Sequence record: PP496440.1
DNA length: 64,000 bases
Reading direction: 5' to 3' (one strand)
Part shown: positions 7,344 to 15,844 of the stretch, in pieces
Numbering within the stretch: the stretch's first letter is position 1
Layout: every line of letters starts with the position of its first letter
The notes under the pieces: model-generated
Databases searched by the model: none
What the model was told of the DNA's origin: nothing
Seen by the model: the letters and a program-made list of their open reading frames with translations, nothing else
Program-made: the position numbers and the translations under genes

Positions 7344-9740
7344 TTAGATATGCTTTCGTGGGGCGAACTGGCCGATACGAACCACCGAGTCTTGAGCAAC
7401 GTTCTGCGCGAAGTAAACGGTAACACGAACAGTCACCGCAGTCTCCGTGCCGTCCCACGTGTAGCGCTGAGTCTCCAGCGATGTCAATGGAACAACAGCT
7501 GGCAAGGTGTAAGGATCTACGTACTTGTCACCGTCTCGGAAGTAGAACACGGTCGATGCGGAGTTGACAGGTTTGGTTACCAGCACCTCAGCAGTTACTC
7601 CGAGAATACCGGACGTAGTACCGTCTACCCGAATCGCACCCACCAGACTGAACACGTCGCCCACGGCCATGTTGGCAAGTGAGAAGGTAGTCGTCGGGGA
7701 GAACGCCAGATACGCGGCGGCTACACTAGGTGTACCCCCGAACTGAATGACCTGGTATTCACCGGGGCCGTCAGTACGTACTTCTTTGCTCCAGGTGGTA
7801 GTCAACCCGGTGAACGCTGAGCCTGCAGCCTTGAAGCCAGTCGCAACCACCGAACCTGCTGTGGGGTTGACCGAAGCCGTAGACATGTTCGAGGAACCGA
7901 GCAGCAACGGATTCGCGCCGAGAGATCCGGTCTTGTTAACCGCGCTGTAGAGGTCACCCGAGTCAACTGGCAGGTCAACTGGCAGGAACTCCAGTCTACG
8001 AACCAATGGCAGGTAGGGTTGAGCGAGCTTGAACGCACCTTGTACGTGTGGGTGCAAGCCATCACGCAGGTCGGCTTCCACGATAGCGTCCCAGGTATTG
8101 ACTACCGGAGTCCACTTCGACACCTCGTTGGTGATCCAGTTGTGCACTTCGATGTGATCTGCGAGGGCTTGGCCGGTAAGGACCTTATCACCAAAGCGGG
8201 GCGTCTCGTTACCCACGATAACGATCTTGCCAGCACGTTGCAGGCGGCGGATGATTGCCGTGATGTTACGCTTGGAATCACCTGCAGTCATTGCCGGGGC
8301 AGAAGCGGTACGGTCGTTGGTACTTCCGAGGAAGAACACGATGTCGCCTACCGCAGCAGCAACTGCCTCGACACGTGCCAACATCTCAGCAGTGTTCTGG
8401 CCGCCGATACCGAAGTTCAGCGTGTAAGGCAACCGGATCACGCCAGTGAGCATGGCTACCCAGTTGTAGATGCCATAGTTCTTGGTCGAGAACGCGGTGG
8501 AAGATGCGGTTGCCGCGAGGCCTGTAACCGCGTGGTTCATCTCAGTACGGCTGTCGCCGAAGAGGATGACTTCCCGAAGCAAAGGCCGGGACGGAAATAC
8601 CAGCTTGTTCCAAGACCCGTTGGACCGAGTGAACTGACCTGGAAGTGATGCACTCACATCCGAGATCAACCCGGATAGATCTGTTTTGCTTGCCAGCCCT
8701 ACCAGATCTGTTCTACTCGCCAGATTAGCGATTTCGGTCTTGGTCGCAGCCCCTGACACGCCCTGACTCAGCGTACTAAGCGAGGTGGACAACCCGTTGA
8801 TCGTGTTGATATCTTGAGTGCCAGTATGAGTACCCCGGTCACGCAGACTCGCATCGGTGTCGTTCTTGGTGGCGCCGACAGCAACCCCCGTGAGCTTGTC
8901 CTTGTCTGCGGTTACGTAAGCATTGGTATCAGGGTTGCTTTCGTACAGCGTCTTGACCTGGGAAGCTGTCACCGGGGTGGCGCTGCTGGAACTCAAGACC
9001 CATTTGTTGTCCGACGCGTCCCATACGTATCGGGCTACATCTGCACCTGCAACGTCCACGTCAGCATAGTTACCAGCGACCGGCAGCGATACGCCTGCGG
9101 TGAGTGCGGACAGCGACGTGAACGTACCTCGGAACATCGGACCTTCGACACCCGCAAGCTTGGTCTTTTCCGCTGGGGTGAAGTTGGACTGGGACAGTGC
9201 ATAGCCCGTCTGCTTTTCTACCTTGGTGTCCAACAAGTTCTGCAGGACGGCCCGAACGTAGGCATCGTCATAGTTGAACAGTTCGGCAAGCTTATTCTTC
9301 TGAGCCGCGTCGAAATCGTTGGTGGATAGCATCTTGCCGGGGACTACGGCAACCGCACCGAGGTCAGCAGCCGTCTTCGGAATGTAAGGGGCATCAACCA
9401 GATCCCCGAACAACCCGGTGGTAGCCACCTTGGCGAGTCCGGGAATGTTACCGCCGCCACCGGAACCATCACCTGCCGCGACTGCCGCTGCCGTACTGGT
9501 GCTGATCGAGGGGTCCATGACCCGACGGTGGAACTCTTGAGCGTTGGAGTATGAGAGGATAGAGTCTTCGGAGCAAACCAACAAGCCCCGTGCTACCTGA
9601 GTCCTCAACATCTCAAAGCTTTGCAGTACGAATTTTTCCGAAGGGTAGAAGAAATTACCCTCCGTCAAAGTAGTACCTTCGATGGACAGTCCCTTCGGGG
9701 CGGAGGCCGTTCGTTTGAAACCAATAGATGATGCTGCCAT
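7344..9740 (-). CDS. Fibre/tailspike-like virion protein with SGNH (GDSL) hydrolase domain
   Basis: Blocks FGDSRTE, NFGIGGQ, LGSTND, DGLHP; fibre-like coiled N-terminal half. Confidence 0.75.
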   Translation of the reverse strand: MAASSIGFKRTASAPKGLSIEGTTLTEGNFFYPSEKFVLQSFEMLRTQVARGLLVCSEDSILSYSNAQEFHRRVMDPSISTSTAAAVAAGDGSGGGGNIPGLAKVATTGLFGDLVDAPYIPKTAADLGAVAVVPGKMLSTNDFDAAQKNKLAELFNYDDAYVRAVLQNLLDTKVEKQTGYALSQSNFTPAEKTKLAGVEGPMFRGTFTSLSALTAGVSLPVAGNYADVDVAGADVARYVWDASDNKWVLSSSSATPVTASQVKTLYESNPDTNAYVTADKDKLTGVAVGATKNDTDASLRDRGTHTGTQDINTINGLSTSLSTLSQGVSGAATKTEIANLASRTDLVGLASKTDLSGLISDVSASLPGQFTRSNGSWNKLVFPSRPLLREVILFGDSRTEMNHAVTGLAATASSTAFSTKNYGIYNWVAMLTGVIRLPYTLNFGIGGQNTAEMLARVEAVAAAVGDIVFFLGSTNDRTASAPAMTAGDSKRNITAIIRRLQRAGKIVIVGNETPRFGDKVLTGQALADHIEVHNWITNEVSKWTPVVNTWDAIVEADLRDGLHPHVQGAFKLAQPYLPLVRRLEFLPVDLPVDSGDLYSAVNKTGSLGANPLLLGSSNMSTASVNPTAGSVVATGFKAAGSAFTGLTTTWSKEVRTDGPGEYQVIQFGGTPSVAAAYLAFSPTTTFSLANMAVGDVFSLVGAIRVDGTTSGILGVTAEVLVTKPVNSASTVFYFRDGDKYVDPYTLPAVVPLTSLETQRYTWDGTETAVTVRVTVYFAQNVAQDSVVRIGQFAPRKHI

Positions 9741-9857
9741 AATACTCTCCAGTTCGGTCCTGATTACGTTGTATGTCTATACCACCTTTGATTAGGTGGG
9801 ACGGAATGCCCGAAAACAGATCTGGGAAATAACGTCCTGATTTAACCTGGTATGCGT

Positions 9858-9870
9858 GTAATTAGGACTT
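9858..9870 (-). promoter_or_regulatory. Candidate phage promoter (CTAATTA class)
   Basis: AAGTCCTAATTAC on the minus strand between a terminator and the SGNH gene. Confidence 0.5.
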
Positions 9871-9880
9871 TCAGACAAAT

Positions 9881-9913
9881 AAAAGCCCGCACGGCGGGGG
9901 CCAATGCGGGCTT
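9881..9913 (-). terminator. Intrinsic terminator
   Basis: AAGCCCGCA/TGCGGGCTT stem with U-rich tail on the minus strand. Confidence 0.75.
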
Positions 9914-9916
9914 AGA

Positions 9917-11125
9917 TTATGCAGAGGGTACAGGATCCCAACTAACCTTGAATACTTTTCCGAGGTATTTGACAACCCGGCTGTAGTTCTTGGACTCGTC
10001 CATAATGCCGATCACGTAGTTGAGCACGTCACCCCGGATCTGTGACTGACTCCACGCTTGGGGTACACCTTTCATGTAGTCCTGTGCTGGACCTGGAATC
10101 CACTTGGCGCTGGCTGCGGAGTGCAACGTCAGGTTAGTAGCACTCATCTCTGTCAGCTTGATCGCACCCAAGTCCCGGAGGACCAGCATCAAGGTGTTGA
10201 TTGCCCGGTAGCTTGGCAGGTCCATATTGCGGCATACGCCTTGAACCGTGGCGAAGTCGATGAACTCATTGGGCTTGAACATTTCCGCAGGCTTAGGGTA
10301 ATGATCGATAACCTTGAATGGTTCGTAGTACGGCCCCTTCTCAGTCTTAGGCGGTTCCTTTTCCATGGATCTAACCAGATCGTCGATAGCCTCCGGACAC
10401 ATTGAGTTCTCACGTCGCGGTTCGCTGACGATGGTTGCCAACACCTTAGGGGCATCCCACTTGGCTGGCTCTTTAACTGACAACGGCGGCGATGGGTCAA
10501 CGGCCAGCACTGGCGCTGGAACTTCCGGTTTGGCCGGGGTCACCGGCTTCGCAGGCTGCGTTTTGGGCGGCTTTGCTGGTTTGGCCGGGGATTGTGTAGC
10601 TTTCGGCAGTTTGTTCAAGGCGGAGCGTTTCACGGGCTTGCGAGTGGCGAGCATGATGTCGAGCGTGTGCTTGGTCTCAGGACACTTGCACGCGTTCATC
10701 AGATCCACGATGGCGTTGATCGGCATCATCATGCTCTCAGCTTGCAATTCTCCGTCAGGAATCTTGATCGGTTTGCTTTGGCCTGGCTGACGTACTATCT
10801 CAAAGTGCAGCAGGTTATCAGCCAGTCCCGGAATGTTGGCCCAGTACTCACAGACGGCTTTGATGTCATCGTGAGTCTTCGGCAGTTGAAGCAGATGCTT
10901 GCGCAGGGACGCGCCGGAATAGGTGAGCCCGCAAGACTTGAGTGCCGAAGCAATCTGCTCGAATGAGGCGCCATACGTACGCATCCTGACAATACCCGGT
11001 AATGCCTTGTCCAACAACAACTGTACTTCTTTTCTTAACTTACGCGGCCCATCATAGTCGTACTCTTCAGCCAGCTTTAGGAACTGGTCAAGGTCGAACT
11101 GTGGTTTATCAGTTGTGTCTTTCAT
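9917..11125 (-). CDS. Hypothetical protein, possible N-terminal helix-turn-helix, Pro/Lys linker
   Basis: GASFEQIASALKSCGLTYSGASLRKHL; PAKP repeats. Confidence 0.6.
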   Translation of the reverse strand: MKDTTDKPQFDLDQFLKLAEEYDYDGPRKLRKEVQLLLDKALPGIVRMRTYGASFEQIASALKSCGLTYSGASLRKHLLQLPKTHDDIKAVCEYWANIPGLADNLLHFEIVRQPGQSKPIKIPDGELQAESMMMPINAIVDLMNACKCPETKHTLDIMLATRKPVKRSALNKLPKATQSPAKPAKPPKTQPAKPVTPAKPEVPAPVLAVDPSPPLSVKEPAKWDAPKVLATIVSEPRRENSMCPEAIDDLVRSMEKEPPKTEKGPYYEPFKVIDHYPKPAEMFKPNEFIDFATVQGVCRNMDLPSYRAINTLMLVLRDLGAIKLTEMSATNLTLHSAASAKWIPGPAQDYMKGVPQAWSQSQIRGDVLNYVIGIMDESKNYSRVVKYLGKVFKVSWDPVPSA

Positions 11126-11187
11126 TTAGGGTAGTCTCAAAGTGGGAGGAACCTACGCATTGCAGGTCCACCCCGGTTGCTTCGGTG

Positions 11188-11481
11188 TTACTCTGACGAG
11201 ACGTTGACGATGGTTACGCCTTCACATTCCTTCAGGCGATTGATGAACTCCTGAATAGCCTCTGCTGGGTCCACGTAGAATATCTGGCGGGCCACAGCTT
11301 CTACGTCGAAGAAGCTAGCGTCGGTATGAACTGCCAGACGACTAACGCTTCGTATGGTGGACTGCTGACTACCCGATTCCGTATCTACATCAACGGACCC
11401 GGACAGGGTTACCATAAAGATAGTAACCTCCGTCGATGTTCCCGGCTCAGAATCCACATTTGGATCTTGTGTATCATTCAT
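11188..11481 (-). CDS. Hypothetical protein
   Basis: 97 aa ORF overlapping the recA-like stop. Confidence 0.65.
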   Translation of the reverse strand: MNDTQDPNVDSEPGTSTEVTIFMVTLSGSVDVDTESGSQQSTIRSVSRLAVHTDASFFDVEAVARQIFYVDPAEAIQEFINRLKECEGVTIVNVSSE

Positions 11482-13030
11482 CTTCTACTTCCTCTTCTTC
11501 CTCATCCAGACCAGCGCCGGACAAGTGGTTGAAATACAACTCCAGGCCACGGCCCGAAGAAATCTGTGCGGCCAGCACTTCACGGATGTCGAAGTCTTTC
11601 ACTTCCCATTCCGCCGTCAGCTCCTTGCGGGCCTTGCCTTTGAACAGGACCAGTTGCTTCAGGTCTTCCCACGTCAAGTCCAGTTCAGGGATAGACTTGC
11701 TGTCGGCGTGCAGCGTAAAGGTCTTCATGTTGCCGGACAGCTGACCGGTCATACGCAGGTAGTACCACGTATCCCAGACCGGATCGAAGCCACGACCTTT
11801 ACCACTGGCGTCGCTGATCCACAAGCGCTGCCAGATTTCAAGGTTGTCAACCCCGTACTTGTTCTTGATCGCCTTCATATTGATGAAGCGATAAGTGTCT
11901 GTACCGGACGCGCCTACGCTTGGCTCTTCCATCGTGGCGCCAGTGGCCGAGATGAAGTCCGGGCAAGCGCGAGGGGTTTGCATGATCCGTGCACCGGTGG
12001 CGTGTTTGATCGCCATGCCGCCAGGTTCATAGTTCGGGTTACCCATTCGCATGCCCGGATTCTGACGGATCTGGTTGATCGACACCACGGTCGCCATTTT
12101 CTTCCGCAGTCGGCCCCACACCTTCTTGATGTGCTTGGAGTGCATACGTGCATCCAGAGCCATACCCCGGCTACCGTCACCGTCTTCCCCTTCGTCTTCC
12201 TCGGTGGTCATCGAGGCAATGGAGTCGAGCAGGATCAGACACTGCATCATGCCGCCGTTGGGCGACTTCATCCGCAGCTTGCCTTTGTAGACGGTGTACT
12301 TGCCCTTGAACTTGCTCATGTTCTCTTTGGTGCGGTCATACAGCAGATACCACTCGCCGTTGATATGCACCTTGTCGGGCAGCTTTTTCAGGATCGACGA
12401 CATCACCTTGTAGAACTTCTCGCCCGACGATTCGTTGTAGTAACGAACGCGAGGTGGGACTACGTAGTTGCCTTTATCGTCCTTCACGCCGAACATACGC
12501 TTCATGCTGATCTTGATGCCTTGGGCTTCGAGCATGTTGACGATGTAGTCTTCGGCACCGGTGTTCTCATAGTCCCACCAAAAGGACATTGGAACGCCAG
12601 CCAAACAGATGGAACCCAACCACGACATCAGGTTGGTGGACTTGCCCGAACCTTCCGGCCCCGAGAAGTTATACCAGCCGCCGGGATAGATACCACCCGC
12701 CAGCATCAGGTCGGTGCACAGCATCCCCGTGGACACTCGCCCTTCCCGGAGGATCTCCAAGTCCGATACACCTTGGACGATGTTGAAGTGTTCCTCCACC
12801 TCGTCGATCATGGCAGTGACGCCCATCATCTCAAGGATTTCGTCTACCATGTCTTCGCGAGACTTGGGTGGCGCTTCAACCTTTGCAGCGGCTGCTTTGT
12901 TGGCCCCACGCTTGGCGGGTACCTTGGCGTCCTCGATCAGCTTTTCCGCAAGTGCGCTGACCTTTTTCTTGGTTGCTACCGTCGCAGTCTTGACGGGTTT
13001 AGCTTTAGCTCTGGTAGTGGCTGCTGCCAT
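11474..13030 (-). CDS. uvsX: RecA/UvsX-like recombinase
   Basis: Walker A GPEGSGKST, Walker B ILLDSIA, INQIRQNPG...PGGMAIK; start reassigned to ATG 13030. Confidence 0.85.
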   Translation of the reverse strand: MAAATTRAKAKPVKTATVATKKKVSALAEKLIEDAKVPAKRGANKAAAAKVEAPPKSREDMVDEILEMMGVTAMIDEVEEHFNIVQGVSDLEILREGRVSTGMLCTDLMLAGGIYPGGWYNFSGPEGSGKSTNLMSWLGSICLAGVPMSFWWDYENTGAEDYIVNMLEAQGIKISMKRMFGVKDDKGNYVVPPRVRYYNESSGEKFYKVMSSILKKLPDKVHINGEWYLLYDRTKENMSKFKGKYTVYKGKLRMKSPNGGMMQCLILLDSIASMTTEEDEGEDGDGSRGMALDARMHSKHIKKVWGRLRKKMATVVSINQIRQNPGMRMGNPNYEPGGMAIKHATGARIMQTPRACPDFISATGATMEEPSVGASGTDTYRFINMKAIKNKYGVDNLEIWQRLWISDASGKGRGFDPVWDTWYYLRMTGQLSGNMKTFTLHADSKSIPELDLTWEDLKQLVLFKGKARKELTAEWEVKDFDIREVLAAQISSGRGLELYFNHLSGAGLDEEEEEVEDE

Positions 13031-13053
13031 GGAGATGTACCTGCGTCGTAAAT

Positions 13054-13094
13054 AAAAATGGGGCACCGACCAGCGAACCGGCAGATGCCCCATT
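13054..13094 (-). terminator. Intrinsic terminator downstream of the read-through extension
   Basis: AATGGGGCA/TGCCCCATT stem with UUUUUAUUU on the minus strand. Confidence 0.75.
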
Positions 13095-13110
13095 AGGGTT
13101 GCGCAACAGA

Positions 13111-13287
13111 TCACTTACGTGACTTGCGACGCTTCGCTTTGACCGTACTCACCGCCTTGAAGCCGGGCTTATTGTAGTCCGGTCTGGCATCGGCGGCGAG
13201 GTTGAACAACCCCCCGCTGCTCGGGTCAAAGCCTTTGGCGGATCGGCCCTTCGGCTTACCGCCGCCGGACTTACCGCCGGCCTGCAG
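13111..13287 (-). other. 58-codon in-frame basic extension after the UGA of the acidic protein (read-through candidate)
   Basis: LQAGGKSGGGKPKGRSAKGFDPSSGGLFNLAADARPDYNKPGFKAVSTVKAKRRKSRK then TGA at 13111-13113; no ATG. Confidence 0.6.
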
Positions 13288-14091
13288 TCACTCGATGTCG
13301 AGTTCGATCTTCAGCTTTTTGGCCGCTTTGACGATCTTGTCCTTGCCCGCTTCGACAACTTTCTCGACGATGGCGTCGGTGTCGTCCTTGCGGCCGATGG
13401 TGATCTTCAGCGCTTTGGCCAGCGACTTCAGTTCGTCTTCGTCCAGCTCTTCGAGGGCGTCTTGGAGTTCTTCTTCCTCCTCTTCTTCCTCCTCGTTTTC
13501 TTCTTCCTCTTCTTCGCCGTCGCCCAGTTCGATTTCCAGCTCTTCAGCTGCGTCACGAACGTCGTCTTCGTCTTCTTCGAGGATCAGCGCGATGATCGCG
13601 TCTTCGTCGTCTTTCTTGCCGACTTTGATTTCCAGCTCTTTGGCCAGCGCTTTGAGGTCTTTGAGGGAAAGTTCACCGAGTTCGGCTTCGAGGTCGCCTT
13701 CCTCTTTTTCGTCTTCTTCCTCCTCCTCCTCGTTTTCTTCCTCTTCCTCTTCTTCGGATTCCTCCAGTTCGAGGTCGATGTCCAACGCGTCGGCCGCGTC
13801 TTCGATGTCCGACTGGGACGCCGCTTCGGCCAGAGCTTCGGCCATGGCTTCTTCGTCAGCGCCCTTGGCGAACTTGACCTTCAGCTTCTTGCCCAGCTGC
13901 TTCAGCTCGTCTTCGTCCAGATCGGCCAGCGCTTCGATCAGTGCTTCCTTGTCGTCGCCCTTTTCACCGCCGCCTTCTTCGTCCAGCTCTTCCGCCAGTT
14001 CAGCGATTTCGGCGAATGCTGCCTTGGCCTTTTTGTCCTTGGTCGCTTCTGCTGCTGCTTCGGCCAGTTCGATGATTTTTTCAACAGACAT
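13288..14091 (-). CDS. Extremely acidic protein with three Rho-N/HeH-like helical repeats
   Basis: LDEDELKQLGKKLKV, LSLKDLKALAKELEI, LDEDELKSLAKALKI separated by poly-Glu linkers; AAAGAGGA RBS. Confidence 0.85.
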   Translation of the reverse strand: MSVEKIIELAEAAAEATKDKKAKAAFAEIAELAEELDEEGGGEKGDDKEALIEALADLDEDELKQLGKKLKVKFAKGADEEAMAEALAEAASQSDIEDAADALDIDLELEESEEEEEEENEEEEEEDEKEEGDLEAELGELSLKDLKALAKELEIKVGKKDDEDAIIALILEEDEDDVRDAAEELEIELGDGEEEEEENEEEEEEEEELQDALEELDEDELKSLAKALKITIGRKDDTDAIVEKVVEAGKDKIVKAAKKLKIELDIE

Positions 14092-14173
14092 GGTACATCC
14101 TCTTTACGGGTAGGGTGCCAACTAAGGCTCTTTAATCAACGGGGCGCCGTTTGGCTCACCCCGTTATACGAAT

Positions 14174-14182
14174 GATTTACAG
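14174..14182 (-). promoter_or_regulatory. Candidate phage promoter (GTAAAT class)
   Basis: CTGTAAATC in the intergenic region upstream of the acidic protein gene. Confidence 0.35.
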
Positions 14183-14189
14183 CGGTCTT

Positions 14190-15275
14190 TCAGCGACGAC
14201 TTGAACGCGAGGATCTTGTCGAAGTTTTCTCTTTGTCGCGGCTGGTACGGCTGCTGCGTTCCGACCGGCTCGACGTTGATTTACCGGACTTCTCCGGCTT
14301 ATCCGCTTTCGCAGTCTTTTCACGGCGGGAAGTACGCTCTGGCTTCTCTTCACGGCTACTGCGCTTGCTGCCTCGCAGTGGACGATCCGATTCACGTTTA
14401 CGCTTGCTGCCCCGGTCAAGGTCCTTACTGGCTTTCTTGCCTTCTTCCTCGACTTCCTCGGCGTCTGGCGCTTTGGATTCCAAGTTTGCCACTTCCTTTA
14501 CAGCATCAGCATAAGACAGCGGCTGATCGAGGTTGCCTTCGATATCCCACTGCAGATACTTCTGCTCGGTGCGGGTCAACGGAGTAGGGCCAGAGCTGGA
14601 ATCCAGTTGCACGTCGTACATGTCCGACGCCGACTTCGCGTCTTTGTCGTAGGACACCAGCAGGTCACGACCAAACTCAGGGTCGCCCAGCGCCATGATC
14701 TGCACGCCGTTCTTGGTTTTGACCTTGTTGGTGTCTTCCAGCTTCTTGATCTTGCCAGCGATGCGGTCAGTAACCCGCAGTACACGAACCGGGGTCCACG
14801 ATGCGCTGGAGATGCTGTCCATGAAACCGGACTTCTTCTCGTTGGCCGACGGATCAGGAACACGCTTCGGCTCGCTGTCTTGCAGTTCCCGGACGATGAC
14901 GTTCAGATAGTAATACTTCTGCGTCTTCTTCGGGTTTTCGATCTCAGCGAACGGGCACTCGATGGTGGTGTCGAACGTGTCGGCCTCACGGTCGAAGTTC
15001 AGCGGGGTGAACGGCAGATCGATCGGCGTGCCATCGTTCTTGTTGATCGTGATCCGATACACCACCTCGGGGATTGGATCGCCGACGATACGCACCGCGA
15101 TAAAAGAACCGTTCGGTGGGTATTCCAGCATCTTCACTTTCTTGTTGAAGTAAACTTTCTTGCCACCGGTCTGGCCAGCATTGGTCGCACCGAAACCTTT
15201 ACGAGCTGGGGCAGCACCAACGCTACCACCTCCGCCAGTACGGCTACGACCGGTTCTTGCACTGTCACGTGCCAT
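14190..15275 (-). CDS. T4 gp32-like single-stranded DNA-binding protein with basic RS-rich tail
   Basis: VRIVG...CPF...YYYLNVIVR...DPEFGRDL...YDV...PTPLT pattern; upstream of uvsX. Confidence 0.6.
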   Translation of the reverse strand: MARDSARTGRSRTGGGGSVGAAPARKGFGATNAGQTGGKKVYFNKKVKMLEYPPNGSFIAVRIVGDPIPEVVYRITINKNDGTPIDLPFTPLNFDREADTFDTTIECPFAEIENPKKTQKYYYLNVIVRELQDSEPKRVPDPSANEKKSGFMDSISSASWTPVRVLRVTDRIAGKIKKLEDTNKVKTKNGVQIMALGDPEFGRDLLVSYDKDAKSASDMYDVQLDSSSGPTPLTRTEQKYLQWDIEGNLDQPLSYADAVKEVANLESKAPDAEEVEEEGKKASKDLDRGSKRKRESDRPLRGSKRSSREEKPERTSRREKTAKADKPEKSGKSTSSRSERSSRTSRDKEKTSTRSSRSSRR

Positions 15276-15307
15276 GGTACATCCTCTTTCGGTTAGCTTA
15301 CATCCCG

Positions 15308-15316
15308 TATTTACAG
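15308..15316 (-). promoter_or_regulatory. Candidate phage promoter (GTAAATA class)
   Basis: CTGTAAATA 33 nt upstream of the SSB start. Confidence 0.5.
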
Positions 15317-15334
15317 GATCTGATTTGGGGTGGA

Positions 15335-15844
15335 CTATTTCGGATCTGAAACTGGCTGCATGTCCATCAATTTACCGGACACTAGCACGAACATCTCCAG
15401 AAAAGCGCGGGTGACCACGTTCTTCTTACGCTGGGACTCTTGAATCCGCAGCATGGAGTTGAAGGTGGCCAGCCGCAACGATGCCGAGGCGCTAAGCGCT
15501 GCATCGAAATACTCGGTCAGAGCCATTCCTTCCAGAACCTTGAAAGGAACCCCGGTAGTCTTCCAATCAACGGGTAGGACCACGGAGTCTGCGTCGCCGT
15601 TATAATTAGGCCACCCCGGCTTGCCCAGGCTTGGAACGTATACCGAATCCTTATCCAGACCGGACTTACCAATCTCGGATAGCACGCGGTCCACCTGCAT
15701 GTCGAACCACGCCCGTAGCGTAGAATCCATGGCCTCGAACTGGGCAAGACTCATAGTGGACAGGATCACCGGGGTCAGTACTGTCTCGTTCGTGAACACC
15801 GGCAGTTCTTTATCGAACGGTGAGCTCTCGTCGTTACTGAGCAT
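15335..15844 (-). CDS. Hypothetical protein
   Basis: 169 aa ORF overlapping the upstream gene. Confidence 0.65.
   Translation of the reverse strand: MLSNDESSPFDKELPVFTNETVLTPVILSTMSLAQFEAMDSTLRAWFDMQVDRVLSEIGKSGLDKDSVYVPSLGKPGWPNYNGDADSVVLPVDWKTTGVPFKVLEGMALTEYFDAALSASASLRLATFNSMLRIQESQRKKNVVTRAFLEMFVLVSGKLMDMQPVSDPK

Noticed and set aside
11525-13051. Long + strand ORFs opposite real genes (also 13202..14113, 18125..19183, 42777..44120, 49571..51754)
   Set aside because: Antisense shadows of strongly biased codon usage; no motifs or RBS, and the opposite strand carries recognisable proteins
13048-13054. GTAAATA on the + strand as an antisense promoter
   Set aside because: Coincides with the terminator U-tract, which explains the sequence
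13258-13290. Selenocysteine decoding of the UGA via the downstream hairpins
   Set aside because: No redox motif around the site and the first hairpin starts at +7 rather than the E. coli fdhF spacing; ordinary read-through is simpler
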